This document shows, piece after piece, positions 9,861 to 20,089 of a DNA stretch of 32,624 nt; within the stretch, counting starts at the first letter, position 1, and every line of letters begins with the position of its first letter. Source of the DNA: Catajapyx aquilonaris (taxonomy: Eukaryota); contig KZ538236.1 of the NCBI GenBank assembly GCA_000934665.2, positions 62,001-94,624 on the forward strand, written 5' to 3'. Below the pieces are notes generated by a model. It did not search any database. It saw nothing but the letters and a program-made list of their open reading frames with translations, and was not told where the DNA came from. The position numbers and the translations under genes were made by a program.

Positions 9861-12800
9861 CTCCTTCTCTGGTGGCTCAATTTTTGCCTCTTCCTTCAAG
9901 TAAAAATGAAGAAACATGGTTTGTAATATATTACACAATGAATCTCTATGCAAGCAGAAATGCGACACTAACCTTCTCATTTTCCACTGCCTGCGGCGTC
10001 TCCTCAACTGTAACTTTCAAGTCCTTATCCGGCAGTGACCCATTGCTGGAAGGCTTGGCCTGTTCCTCCTTTTTCTCTTCCTTGACCACTTTATCCTCCA
10101 CCGTCACCTTATCCCCTCCCCCTCCTCCCCCTGCCTCGCCTTCAGACGTCCATTGCCTCTTCAGTCGCACTCTGGTTGGCCTCTTCGGGGCCTCGTCAGT
10201 TTTCCCGTCTCCCCCTCCCGACATCAGCGTCACCAATCCGGCCTTCACCTTCTCTCCTCCTCCTCCTCCCTCTCCCACTATCACCTTCTCCTCTTCCTTT
10301 GCTTTCATGCCTTCCAATGCAGCAGGTGATTTTGATTCCTTTGAAATCAATTCCTCTGAGGATGCTTCTGCCTCCAACACTTTGGGCTGGCAAAAAAAAA
10401 ATATGATAATAATTAATTAAAAGTTATCCTGGATAAAATTGCAATGAATGTAATCAATTCAAGAGCAATAATGTACAGGTACTGCACAGCTGCTGTGCCG
10501 CAGATCTATAAGGTTCGTTTGTTAGCAACACTCTGAAACTTTCCTTTCTTGGAATATACTAGTGAACAAAAGGACAAGCGCAAGCATCAATGCCTGTGAA
10601 AAGCAACAAGTTTGGTGTCGTACATGAGCATGAAGAGCACATATTTTCAGACCCTTTCATTCGCAGCAGGACAAATCTCCGGAGTTGAGAAGGGGATACC
10701 CAGAGGCATTTTGAACTGCGTTGGCAGCTTCTTCTAATTCGATGTTGCCATGGTTCGCTTAATGACAATCAAACCAACATCCCACATCAACAGGGAAAGG
10801 TAGGCTCGTAGTATTATCATAACAATCTTCCATATGATGTTGAATGCAACGCTGTGCACCTCATGCTCTGGCATGTAAATTTTTGTCCCTTCAATTGGCA
10901 TGCGGCCAAAATTTCTTCCTATTTCCCACCCTAAATAGACTCACCCTGACAAATCCCACCTGAATTACTTTCCTTGGTCATGACCTGCTCTTAATCACAC
11001 CTGCACCAAACAATAACTAACACTATGGCATTTGGTTCAAATGCGTTTTACAAATGTTCTCATGTGCATATCAATTTTTGCACAAGAAAAAGAGCCTGAA
11101 ATTTAATTAGAGCACAAGTTCAACACATGGCCGCAATTGTAAAAGCTTTATAATCAGTACAAAATTATGTGCAACAGTCTTCACTACAACCGGAAGCTAA
11201 CTTCATAATCACATTTTCATACTATTCCATGTGTCACGTTTTCTGTGTTGAATTTGCAGCACAAGAGATAACTGGCTTTTCAAGTATCAAAATTAGCCAT
11301 AGTATTTACACCAATTTTGCAACAACAATAAGCATTGCGTGAGCATCGGTAACTGTCGATCAAATGTTGAATTATGCCACAAAATATGTAATTTTAACAT
11401 ACCATATCATTAAGCCTACTCGCAGGCACATGTGGTACTGTTATTATGCAACACTATCAGGCAATTCAAGAACTTGGGTCAGCTACTTTAACTACGTGAC
11501 AAAGAGAATATGGTGCAAGATATGGCGGAGGGATATCTGCCTCTTTTTTTTTGTCACCCAATCATTATCATAGTTCACAAGCGTGGCTGAGGCCAGTCAT
11601 GTTTGCAGGTATGGCCGTACTACACCTTACTGGCATCCGCAATGACAAGGAATGTAACATGCCGTCTTGAGCACTTGAGTCAAGCGTGGAGGAAGACGAC
11701 TCACACTGCTGCTTCTGACTGTAGTACTTAAAATGCTGTGATTTGTTTTGAGGCATAAATGGGGCTGGGGAGCTACGTACAACATGGACAGTGCAGCATG
11801 GAGCACGTCACTTTCTCACATTGAAGCTGACTGCGTTCCTAACACAGCAGCTGGAACGGTATCAGACACACCTGTCACACATGTTGACTCTAACGCAACA
11901 AATTCTGTATTCCTCAAAAGTAAACGGTTTACAGCAATGCAAATAATAATAATTCATCACACAATGTGAATATAAGTACTGCCCTGCCTAGATCAATTTT
12001 GCTGAACAAGCAGTGCAAGGCAATCTTTAACTGATCTTTATCTGGGTGAGCTATATTGACAATAGCCACCCTCATGTTATCTAAGCTTGCAGGAAAGGAC
12101 ATTGAAGCGAAAATGTGTCCTTTTTTATAACATGGATTCACAATAATACACGAGACACCCTGTAAGCTTGAATACATGTGTGCTTATAATGTGTTTAATT
12201 ACCTTATTGGAATGTTATAGTACTTTTGCAGAATGTTACATGAACTCAAGGGATCATGATTACACTGCAATAATTTACTTGAATGCTTATGACCAGCTGT
12301 CAGTGAAAAAATATCTGATTATGGATGGGAAAAAGTTTTAGCTTTTTCAAATGCATTTGCACAATTCTGTTATCATCCCTTCTCCATGCATCTGACCAAT
12401 GCATTAAAGAATTCATACAGGGTGTTCCAGATTTGTGGGTCGCTTTTTGATAACTAATATCACACGATGGCAGTTACCAAAAAGTAACCCACGAATCTGG
12501 AACACCCGGTATACATCCTGCCTGTTGCCCAGGGGCATCCCTCTTTGGAGAAAGTAATTTACACCAAAATTGGAAGGACAAGGTGAACAGCAAATTTTGT
12601 ACGTGTGTTTTTGTTGTAGTCAGCAAGAATTTCTTTACATCCAAAACTGATAGCAGTTTTTACGGTTAGAAGTGTGCTTTTGCTAATGGTATGCAAGTGA
12701 ACCATCCCGGAAACAACTTTATTTACAGAAAAGCACCGGTCTTGCCAACTGAATTTTTTCCCGATTACATCCGCAGCATCTCTCCTGTTACGGTTAAGCT

Positions 12801-15800
12801 TCACTCATTTTAATTACCCCAGATGAATTGCTGCCACTTACATTCCGATCCTTAAACTGCAATTCTACACCCCCTCACCTTCAACAGAACTAGTGAAACT
12901 AGTCAAGATCGCTCTATACTTCAGCAATAAATTCCCAAACACAACAGCAGGGGGGTCAAATCTGATTTGTTCCGCCCAAGCGCAAGACTTTCATCTCCAC
13001 ACTGTAAACCGCAAAACATTAAGGGCTGAATCTTCGACGTATCACGCAAACCTGCGTGAGGGTCTGTAACATCCGCGCAAGGTTTGCGCGATACGTCTAA
13101 GATTCAGCCCTAAAAGCACATCACTGGTGAGTCCGAGGAGTTATTCACTACAGGTAGTCCCTGTACACCTTCCGTCTGGGTCTGTGTACGCAAAAAATGT
13201 AAGTCTCTCACGGAACATCAATTTTTAATGATCTTCCGCAGAAGTTTTCAGATGCAGCACTCCAAATGTTGTTGCGTGCACATTAAAAGAGCATCGCTGG
13301 CGAGTCTCTCATGGAACATCCATTTCTAATGGGGGAGACAGAGTGGCGCCGCGGTAACGCGCGCGCCCACGGATGTTAAGGTCCCGGGCTCGATCCCAGC
13401 CCGGGGACTCCCCCTTCATCTCGTGCAGAGGTCGGTCACCTCTGGCTTCGTCTCGGGTGGTATTTCCTACAGCCTAAACCACCTGGGGGAGCTCACTAAA
13501 AATGGCCACACATCAGATGCACTGCACTTGCACATCCCCTCCTGTCATCCTGCCCGTGGGCCCGGGCGATACGTATAAAGGCTCCAATGTATACAACAAA
13601 TAAAGGTCCATGCGATAAACCCTGATAGGGTGAAAGCATTACCCAACCAATTATTTATTATTATTATTATTATTATTTCTAATGCCCTTGCGTTTTTTGT
13701 TACCGAAAAGCATCGGAAGAACATCAATTTTTAATGATCTTCCGATGCTTTTCGGCAACAAAAAACGCATCGCAAGGGCATGGATGTTCCATGAGAGACT
13801 CGCCAGCGATGCTCTTTTAATGCGCACGCAACAACATTGGAACTTCTACGCCTCCTATTCCGATGCAATAAACACCCATTGCCTGCTTTTTTTTCCCCAT
13901 GTCTGCCTACACTGCTTGTGTATGCATTTCCCATCTGGCCCACCACGGAACACCACACATTTTTGTCCCTCCCCATAGCGGTGCAAAGGAGCCCTAGTGT
14001 TTGCGACACACGTGGACCTTCCGCCCAGGGGCCGCCCCCAGTCTCCCCCGCCCCCTCCTCCTTCCCCCCATTCCATTTGGGAAAAAGAGCCCATCCCTCC
14101 CCCTTCCCCCCGACTTTGGAATATACCTTTCCTAGCAGCGCACCCCCGGCCAGACGCACCGACGATCGGGATCCGAGTCCTTCCAGGCTCCCCCGTTCCT
14201 TTTTGTGCGGGTCAGGCTCGAGATGCACGGCAAATAATTTTCCCTTTTTCTTTTTCCCCCAACGGAGTTTCACTAGTGTGGTTAGCCGGGTTCTAGTTTA
14301 TCGAACGCCGGACTGCCATTGTGAGGAGCGCATGCGCAGTCGGTCTCAAGAGGGGGGGGAGGGAAGGAGGGCAGANGGGCGATCGAAGCGCCGCCGCCGT
14401 CATATTGATTAAACGAATGTGCGCCAAATTCGAACACTAATTAATCGCAATTAGAGAGGCACTTACCTCAGCAGGCTCTTGCGCTCTGTCCGGCATACTC
14501 AGCACCCCTGTCAATCACACACCGGTTAATTACATGTCAATTAGGCGATGAGTGCTTTGTTGTTATTTACCTGATTGGTCCTTTGCCATGGTCAGGTCCT
14601 CCGCCTCGTTTCCGACTGTGTAGGCCACCGATTTGGTCAGGACTTCCTCCGCCACAGGCTGGGTTTCGGACACTGCGGGTGACTGGATCTCCTGCGGTTT
14701 GGGCAGTTGAACCTCCTGCGGCTTGGCGGGTTCCTCTGTCATTTCCGTAGAGTCGGGTGGCTCGTTCCTTTCCGGTCTAGGTGGTTCAGGGTGCGGCTCT
14801 GGCTCTTTCTCAACCTCCTTCGCGAGTACCTCAGATGTGTTTGCAGGCTCTTCTGCTGAGGGTTGTGAACTTTCAGGAGCAGGCGATGGTTCCTCAATCT
14901 GTTCTGTCGTAACTTTCAGGTCCAACTTCGGTGTTTCCAACGTAGTTGCTTCCGATGGCATCGGTTCCTTTTCATGTGGTTTCGCAGGCATGTCAGATGG
15001 CTTCGGCGACACTGCTTTGGGCGTGGCCTCCGACGGTTTTGGCTTTTCTGCCGCTGCTGCAGCTTCAGGCAGTGATTTTTTAGGTGTGTCAGATGGAGTT
15101 GAAACAAGTTCAGTCACTTCAGCAGGTTTGGGCTCTTGCAAAGGTGTGGGTTCTTCCGCAGATGCTGGTGCAGGCAGCACAGGCATAGCCTCTGCCGATT
15201 TAGGCAATATTTCAACACTCTCGACTGTTACCTGTGGCAGCAACGGTGACAGCTTAAGCTTGGGAATTGCTCCCGCCGCTTGCGTTTCAGAAGGTTTGTG
15301 TAACGCTTCTGGTTTTGGCTTCACTTCCAGAGGTGCGGGGACCACCGTCACTTCTGAAAGTTTGGCCACGGATTCAAGCAGTTTGGGGAACATGTCCAAT
15401 GGTTTAGGTGTTACGAGTGATGGGGTAGGTGTCTGTATTTTGGATGTGACTGAATCAGACGGTTCGGGTGTTAGTCCAACGGGTAATTCAGATGCGACTT
15501 GCTTGGGTGCAGACTCCGGAATTTTGCGTATCAATGCTACTGGAGCATTGTCTGATTTTTTGGACACCACCAATTCCACTGGTGTAGCCGTCACTTCGGG
15601 CATCAACAATTCAACAGGCTTAACAGTCACTTCTGGTTTTCTCACCGTCAATTCAACTGGCTTAATCGTTACTCCAGTCTTTCTGGGCGACAATTCAACT
15701 GGCTTAACAGTCACTTCAGGCTGCTTGGATGCCAAGTCAATTGGCTTAATTGTTACTTCGGGATGCTTTGGAGTCAATTCAACTGGCTTACTTATCGCTT

Positions 15801-18434
15801 CAGGAGAGGTGGCCGCCAATTCAACAGACTTGGCGGCAACTTCCGAGACTCTTTCGGCCAGTTCGGGTGACTTTCCTGCTGCCGACGACAACTTGGGTGC
15901 AATCCCAATTTGCGCCTTCTTGGCCATTGCCCCGACCTTCACTTTCTGAACCACCTCCACCCCAGCATCGTCCTGAAAATCAACCCCCTGACTCCTTACC
16001 TCTACTTTCTTCTCTGCCCTTCGCTTTGGGCTTTTCTGCTCTGCCTGCCTGGTGAGTGCGATTTCCAATAAGCTTGTCGACTCATCTTCAGTAGTGACGG
16101 CAGGACCATTCTTGCCCTCTGCCTTACTAGGCCGTCTTGTCCTTGGTGATTCCTCACCTTCTGACGGCTCCTGAGACGCCGAGGAAGACGCGCCCCTCCA
16201 GCTTGACCTTCGCCTTCGTGCCCTTCGCTTAGGCTCAGCGTCATCCCATGAAGGGTCACTATCTTTGCGCGGCGAGGTCTCATCAGCCTCGAGGTCCTCC
16301 CCTACCTCCGAGTCCTGCGACATCGGAGGTTCCAAGTGACGCCTCCGGATTCGTGGGCTGCGTCTGGAGGTGCGATTCTCAAGGACCTCCTTGCTTGGGG
16401 TGGTCTCATCTTCCTCTTGGGTTGTTTCCCCTGCACTTTGTTCTGACTCACGTCTTTGCTCTGAAGGATTAAGTTACATACAGGTTAGCATTAGTGTGGA
16501 AATACAGCGCAGATTATCAGCTTCTACCTTCACAAAAATTAACTGGCCACCTCTCTGGCTTAGACCAAAACAAGACACTGTTGAGATTCATATCCTTATC
16601 CTTACTATTTGAAACCAACATCTTAAGACATGGATATATGCGATATGAAGCATAATTTTTAAGAACAATTATATTACATCATCAGGTAATGACTGGCTCT
16701 TGTTTTCGCCTGAATTATACTCGAGCCTTCTCCAATGTTGTTAAATAATTTTTTAATGCGGCCAGAAAAGAGCTTGCAAAGTAATTCTGGAACAACGCTC
16801 CCAGAATTGCAGTGTTTTTGCAGAGAATATTTTACAACCCTCACCCATGCGTTAAGCCCCTCACATATCATACAAGTGCAATCTTAAATGGTGCGCAAAA
16901 ATGTTAGGCAGCCATGAAAGTTACTCAGACATGAAGTGCAAGGGCAATGAGCACATTGCACTTTTATCACTTAGAAAATATTCGCACCCCACTGACAACG
17001 ATGATAATTTCTCACATATGATCAACGTCTCACGCCATACCTTCGAACTGTTTCTTGGCCTCCCTCTGAACCTGATACAACGCCTGCTGCGACGCCAAGT
17101 ACTCCCTAATGAAGTCATTTTCCTCCGCCAGCGCCGAATCTTGCATCTGCCGATTATTAAAACCCATTTAGTTCAGGCCATCAAAATAAATTAAAAAACC
17201 ACCACTCTGAAAAATACTCACGGCCAGGTTCGGAACATGATCTTCATCTTGCGAACACGCCGCTCGAGACTTCTCCAAATTCAAATACTGCAACGTAAGA
17301 ACATACAATCTCACTAATACTAATACCACCACTATAACCATTATTATAACTATTACCATGACTATCCATGACATTTATATCATATTCATCCCTTTCATTA
17401 ACCTCTGCGTGGCCTGACCATCCACCAGAGTGTCATTTTGTAGGTCATACGAGGGGGACAGGGGCAACCTGTACTCCGCTGGCTACCCCTCTATGGGATT
17501 ATTTTGCCGTGAAGTAACCATGACTATCCAATTATTTATTTTATTTATTTTGACAAGTTTTAATATAGTTCATATTTTGGGGTAGCTTGCGGCTTCCGCC
17601 ATCGCTGACTAACATATGGAAATGTCATGAAGGTGATGATGATGACGATGATCATGACTATTAGTTATTACGAGTACAGGAAGTCACCAGTTTACGAACG
17701 GCGATCTGTACTTACGAACGGGCTCCCAACGGGCTCAGCTGCAGGATAGTTTATAATATTATTCCTTCACTTCTGCGTACATTGAGCGACAACAAGTTGT
17801 ACATAAAAGCTGTACAATAATTGGGAAATTACGTTCTTCATGTATGTAAACAGACACATGTGACTTTAGCGGTTCGTTGGGAGCTGCATTTTTTTTCGCT
17901 GTACACATGCGCTGTATCCTCAGGGATCTGAGTTACGTACAAATCCGGCTTATGGACATTTTCAGCAGCGTAACCCCGTTCGTACACCGGTGACTAGTAT
18001 TAGCATGATTATATTATAACTATTGCTGTAACTATTGTGATTGTAACCATTACGACTGGTGTATTTACAATGTATTGTCATAACGGTTGTGATATTGACA
18101 GTAACAAGTTGATTAGGTGTCCAGCACATGTGCACACCGCGGGTGTCAAAAAGAGAGTGTGTGGCACCCTCCCGGTGCCGCCAGCGACCGAGTGCGAGGT
18201 CCCCCGGGTGCTGGAAAGGAATGAGCCTACGTGTAACGACCGCAATACCGTTTTGAGCCTCTCGACCAGGTCTTTCTTGCTTCCGGACTTGGACTGGCCC
18301 CTCTTCTCCAGCTCTATCTTGAGGTCCACGACCCTGAGGGAGGAGACGGGCCGGCCGTCGATGGTGAGCTCGCCCTGCCCCATCGGGGAAGAGGAGGCGG
18401 AGGAGGCAGCGGCCCCAGAGCTTCTGTCCGCCAT
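6311..18434 (-). CDS. Acn: Acinus (apoptotic chromatin condensation inducer in the nucleus; ASAP/EJC-associated splicing factor), about 1826 aa, 16 exons
   Basis: Exons (minus): 18434-18249, 17287-17222, 17146-17041, 16460-14571, 14507-14467, 10386-9973, 9893-9358, 9225-8371, 8269-8182, 8082-7936, 7866-7689, 7606-7389, 7324-7037, 6912-6744, 6672-6560, 6496-6311; all GT-AG and phase-consistent (5481 nt). SAP domain [31 protein letters not shown] region; RKRKWG...[36 protein letters not shown]...[12 protein letters not shown]...[21 protein letters not shown] motif [22 protein letters not shown]. Confidence 0.93.
8592..8870 (-). repeat. Coding 39-bp tandem repeat (about 7 units) in the Acinus RS region
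   Basis: Plus-strand units such as GGCTGCGACTTCTCTCTCGCCTTTTCTGTTCCCTACTAG recur with 39-nt period; they encode 13-aa units like [13 protein letters not shown]. Confidence 0.85.
12418..12509. mobile_element. 92-bp MITE, Tc1/mariner-type ends
   Basis: TIRs CAGGGTGTTCCAGATTTGTGGGT / ACCCACGAATCTGGAACACCCGG (2 mismatches in 23), flanked by TA on both sides (12416-17, 12510-11). Confidence 0.8.
13023..13110. mobile_element. 88-bp MITE, PIF/Harbinger (Tourist)-type
   Basis: TIRs GGGCTGAATCTTCGACGTATCACGCAAACCT / AGGTTTGCGCGATACGTCTAAGATTCAGCCC (2 mismatches in 31); TAA target duplication at 13020-22 and 13111-13. Confidence 0.82.
13261..13841. repeat. Foldback (long inverted repeat) element interrupted by a SINE
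   Basis: Left arm 13261-13323 plus 13684-13720 is the reverse complement of right arm 13738-13841 (e.g. CATTAAAAGAGCATCGCTGGCGAGTCTCTCATGGAACATCCAT vs ATGGATGTTCCATGAGAGACTCGCCAGCGATGCTCTTTTAATG). Confidence 0.85.
13331..13674 (+). mobile_element. tRNA-derived SINE, full-length copy 2
   Basis: A-box-like GAGTGGCGCCGCGGT, B-box-like GGGCTCGATCCC, (TTA)n tail at about 13650-13675, direct repeat ATTTCTAATG at 13322-13331 and 13675-13684; matches copy 1 along its length. Confidence 0.9.
14328..14434. promoter_or_regulatory. Candidate internal promoter in Acinus intron 5
   Basis: NRF1/Ewg-type palindrome GCGCATGCGC (14328-14337) and TGCGCC-AAA-TTCGAA (14420-14434), resembling the CDE-CHR-like motif of the main promoter, in a CpG-rich stretch. 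No transcript evidence. Confidence 0.4.
15560..15870 (-). repeat. Coding degenerate 42-bp (14-aa) repeat in the large Acinus exon
   Basis: Translation: [75 protein letters not shown]. Confidence 0.85.
17682..17995. mobile_element. Putative MITE of about 314 bp in Acinus intron 1
   Basis: AGTCACCAGTTTACGAACGG (17682-17701) and CCGTTCGTACACCGGTGACT (17976-17995) are inverted repeats with 18/20 identity; target duplication not clear. Confidence 0.55.
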
Positions 18435-18610
18435 TTTCGAACGACTTCCTCTTCTTCTCTCCAGTAGCTGCGAGGAGAGCTTCCCCTTGCTACCAACAGG
18501 CGGCCAGGAGGACAAGGCCTGCCAACCGACACGGGACGCCGCACATTCAGGCACACCAACCCCCCTCCCCCTCACTTAAAAAAACTTAATTAAAGCTTAA
18601 TTAAACGCCC

Positions 18611-18710
18611 TAAAATTAATATCAATAATTTGCACGAATTGATGTGTATCGATATGTGGAGTATCGATGTTGGCTCAACGTATCGATACGTGTGGCGCCA
18701 ATTTCAAACA
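18611..18710. promoter_or_regulatory. DRE cluster plus CDE-CHR-like motif, Acinus-proximal
   Basis: TATCGATA at 18647 and 18681, TATCGATG at 18662; TGGCGC-CAAT-TTCAAA at 18693-18708. Confidence 0.7.
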
Positions 18711-18930
18711 TGTCTATAAGATAGTCAATTGATAATAATTAGGCCAATTACAATGCGTGTGCAGGTGTGATTTATTGCTCATTATTTTGTTGTACGATTT
18801 GCCTCGTGTACGTGTATGACGCGTTTGAATGACTGGATCATAGCATGTGGTCCGTGCCAACCTCAAGGGGACAATCAGGTACACCAACCACCCTCTGCCA
18901 CAGGCTCCCAATCTCAAAATTAATTACTAA

Positions 18931-19310
18931 TCTTCTATATAAATAAAGCCGTTTGTGAGTCTGTCTGTCTGTCTGTCCGCCTGCCAACCGTCATTTTATT
19001 TCCTGCCATCTGTGCTCCACCCCCCAGGCCGGGAGAGGATGGAGGTGCTGGGGGTTGATTACAGATGGCAGGCAAATGACGGTTGCCACTTAGGTTGCCA
19101 CCACGGTTGCCACAGTCTGGAGAGGTTGTAGGTGTTGGACTAGCAGGACCACAGATGGCATTAGTGGACGGACACAAAGATAAGAAAATGGCCTATTCAC
19201 TGTTCCTTGGACGGACAGACAGAAAGACTGACAGTTGACGGGGCTTCACTGGCAGGTGTTTTCCCTTCATTCATTTCTTCCCGGACAACAACGCCGGGTG
19301 CCGCATCTAG
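18931..19310 (+). mobile_element. Non-autonomous Helitron (380 bp)
   Basis: Starts TC after A (TCTTCTATATAAATAAA), contains a (CTGT)n microsatellite, has the subterminal hairpin CCCGG-N9-CCGGG (19280-19298), and ends CTAG followed by T; no TSD. These are the standard Helitron hallmarks. Confidence 0.85.
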
Positions 19311-19329
19311 TTCATTTTAAAGATCAACA

Positions 19330-19650
19330 ATTAATATCGATTTTTACAAAAATTTGAGGCGTATCGATGTTTGCACGATGCGTATCGATATTGGTACTTC
19401 TGACAATTCGATATTTTTAATAATGGCGTATCGATTTTTGTTCAAGAAATATCGATATTTGCACTTGTCATATTTCGATATTTTCAATAATGGCGTATCG
19501 ATTTTTGTACAAAACATATCGATATTTGCACTTGTGACAATTCGATATTTTTCATTACTGACGCATCGATTTTTTGCTACCAGGAATATCGATTATTGCA
19601 ATGTATCGATACGGATGTTGCGTAAAATTGTGGCGCCAAATTTCAAACTG
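19330..19650. promoter_or_regulatory. DRE array (67-bp tandem units) plus CDE-CHR-like motif, gamma-SNAP-proximal
   Basis: 13 TCGAT cores; perfect TATCGATA at 19383, 19450, 19517, 19604; GGCGCC-AAAT-TTCAAA at 19632-19647. Confidence 0.72.
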
Positions 19651-20089
19651 GTTTAGATGACTTGTAATTATTCGCACTTTGCGCGCTAATTGCAGCCTAG
19701 TTGCAACGTGTACTTGGTTGTTACTTATTGTTTGTGTACTACGGTACCATGATAGACTCTTGGTGCGTGTTAATGACGTGTGAATTGCGTTGCGTCACAA
19801 GCATAAATGTTTGTGGTCCACCATCAGCCTCTCTGTACAGTACATAGCATAATATACTGTATGATCCTATATATACACATTACGAGCAAAGCCCGCCTGT
19901 AATATTGATCTGCGCGGATCTGGCCATCGCAGAACCTCCATTTTCTGCGAGACGTAAAACTGGAGGGGGCGTGGCCTGGGGTTTGCAGCAAGGAGAAGGC
20001 AGCACAGTGAATAAAGACTGACTGTACACTCTAGGGGTACAGAGAGAGAGAGGGACATATCCTTGACCTGCATTGGCCACCTTGCAATA

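Noticed and set aside
13335..13410. tRNA-like sequence with A and B boxes
   Set aside because: It is the head of a SINE that continues into a shared body and (TTA)n tail; no convincing cloverleaf.
14723..15949. 408-aa plus-strand ORF
   Set aside because: Codon-mirror of the Pro/Glu/Lys/Thr-rich Acinus exon; low-complexity Ser/Gly product with no domain.
19330..19650. Regularly spaced short repeats suggesting a CRISPR-like array
   Set aside because: Eukaryotic context, intervening sequences are themselves repeated with 67-bp period, and no cas genes.
19354..19656. 100-aa hydrophobic ORF
   Set aside because: Translation of the AT-rich DRE tandem array.
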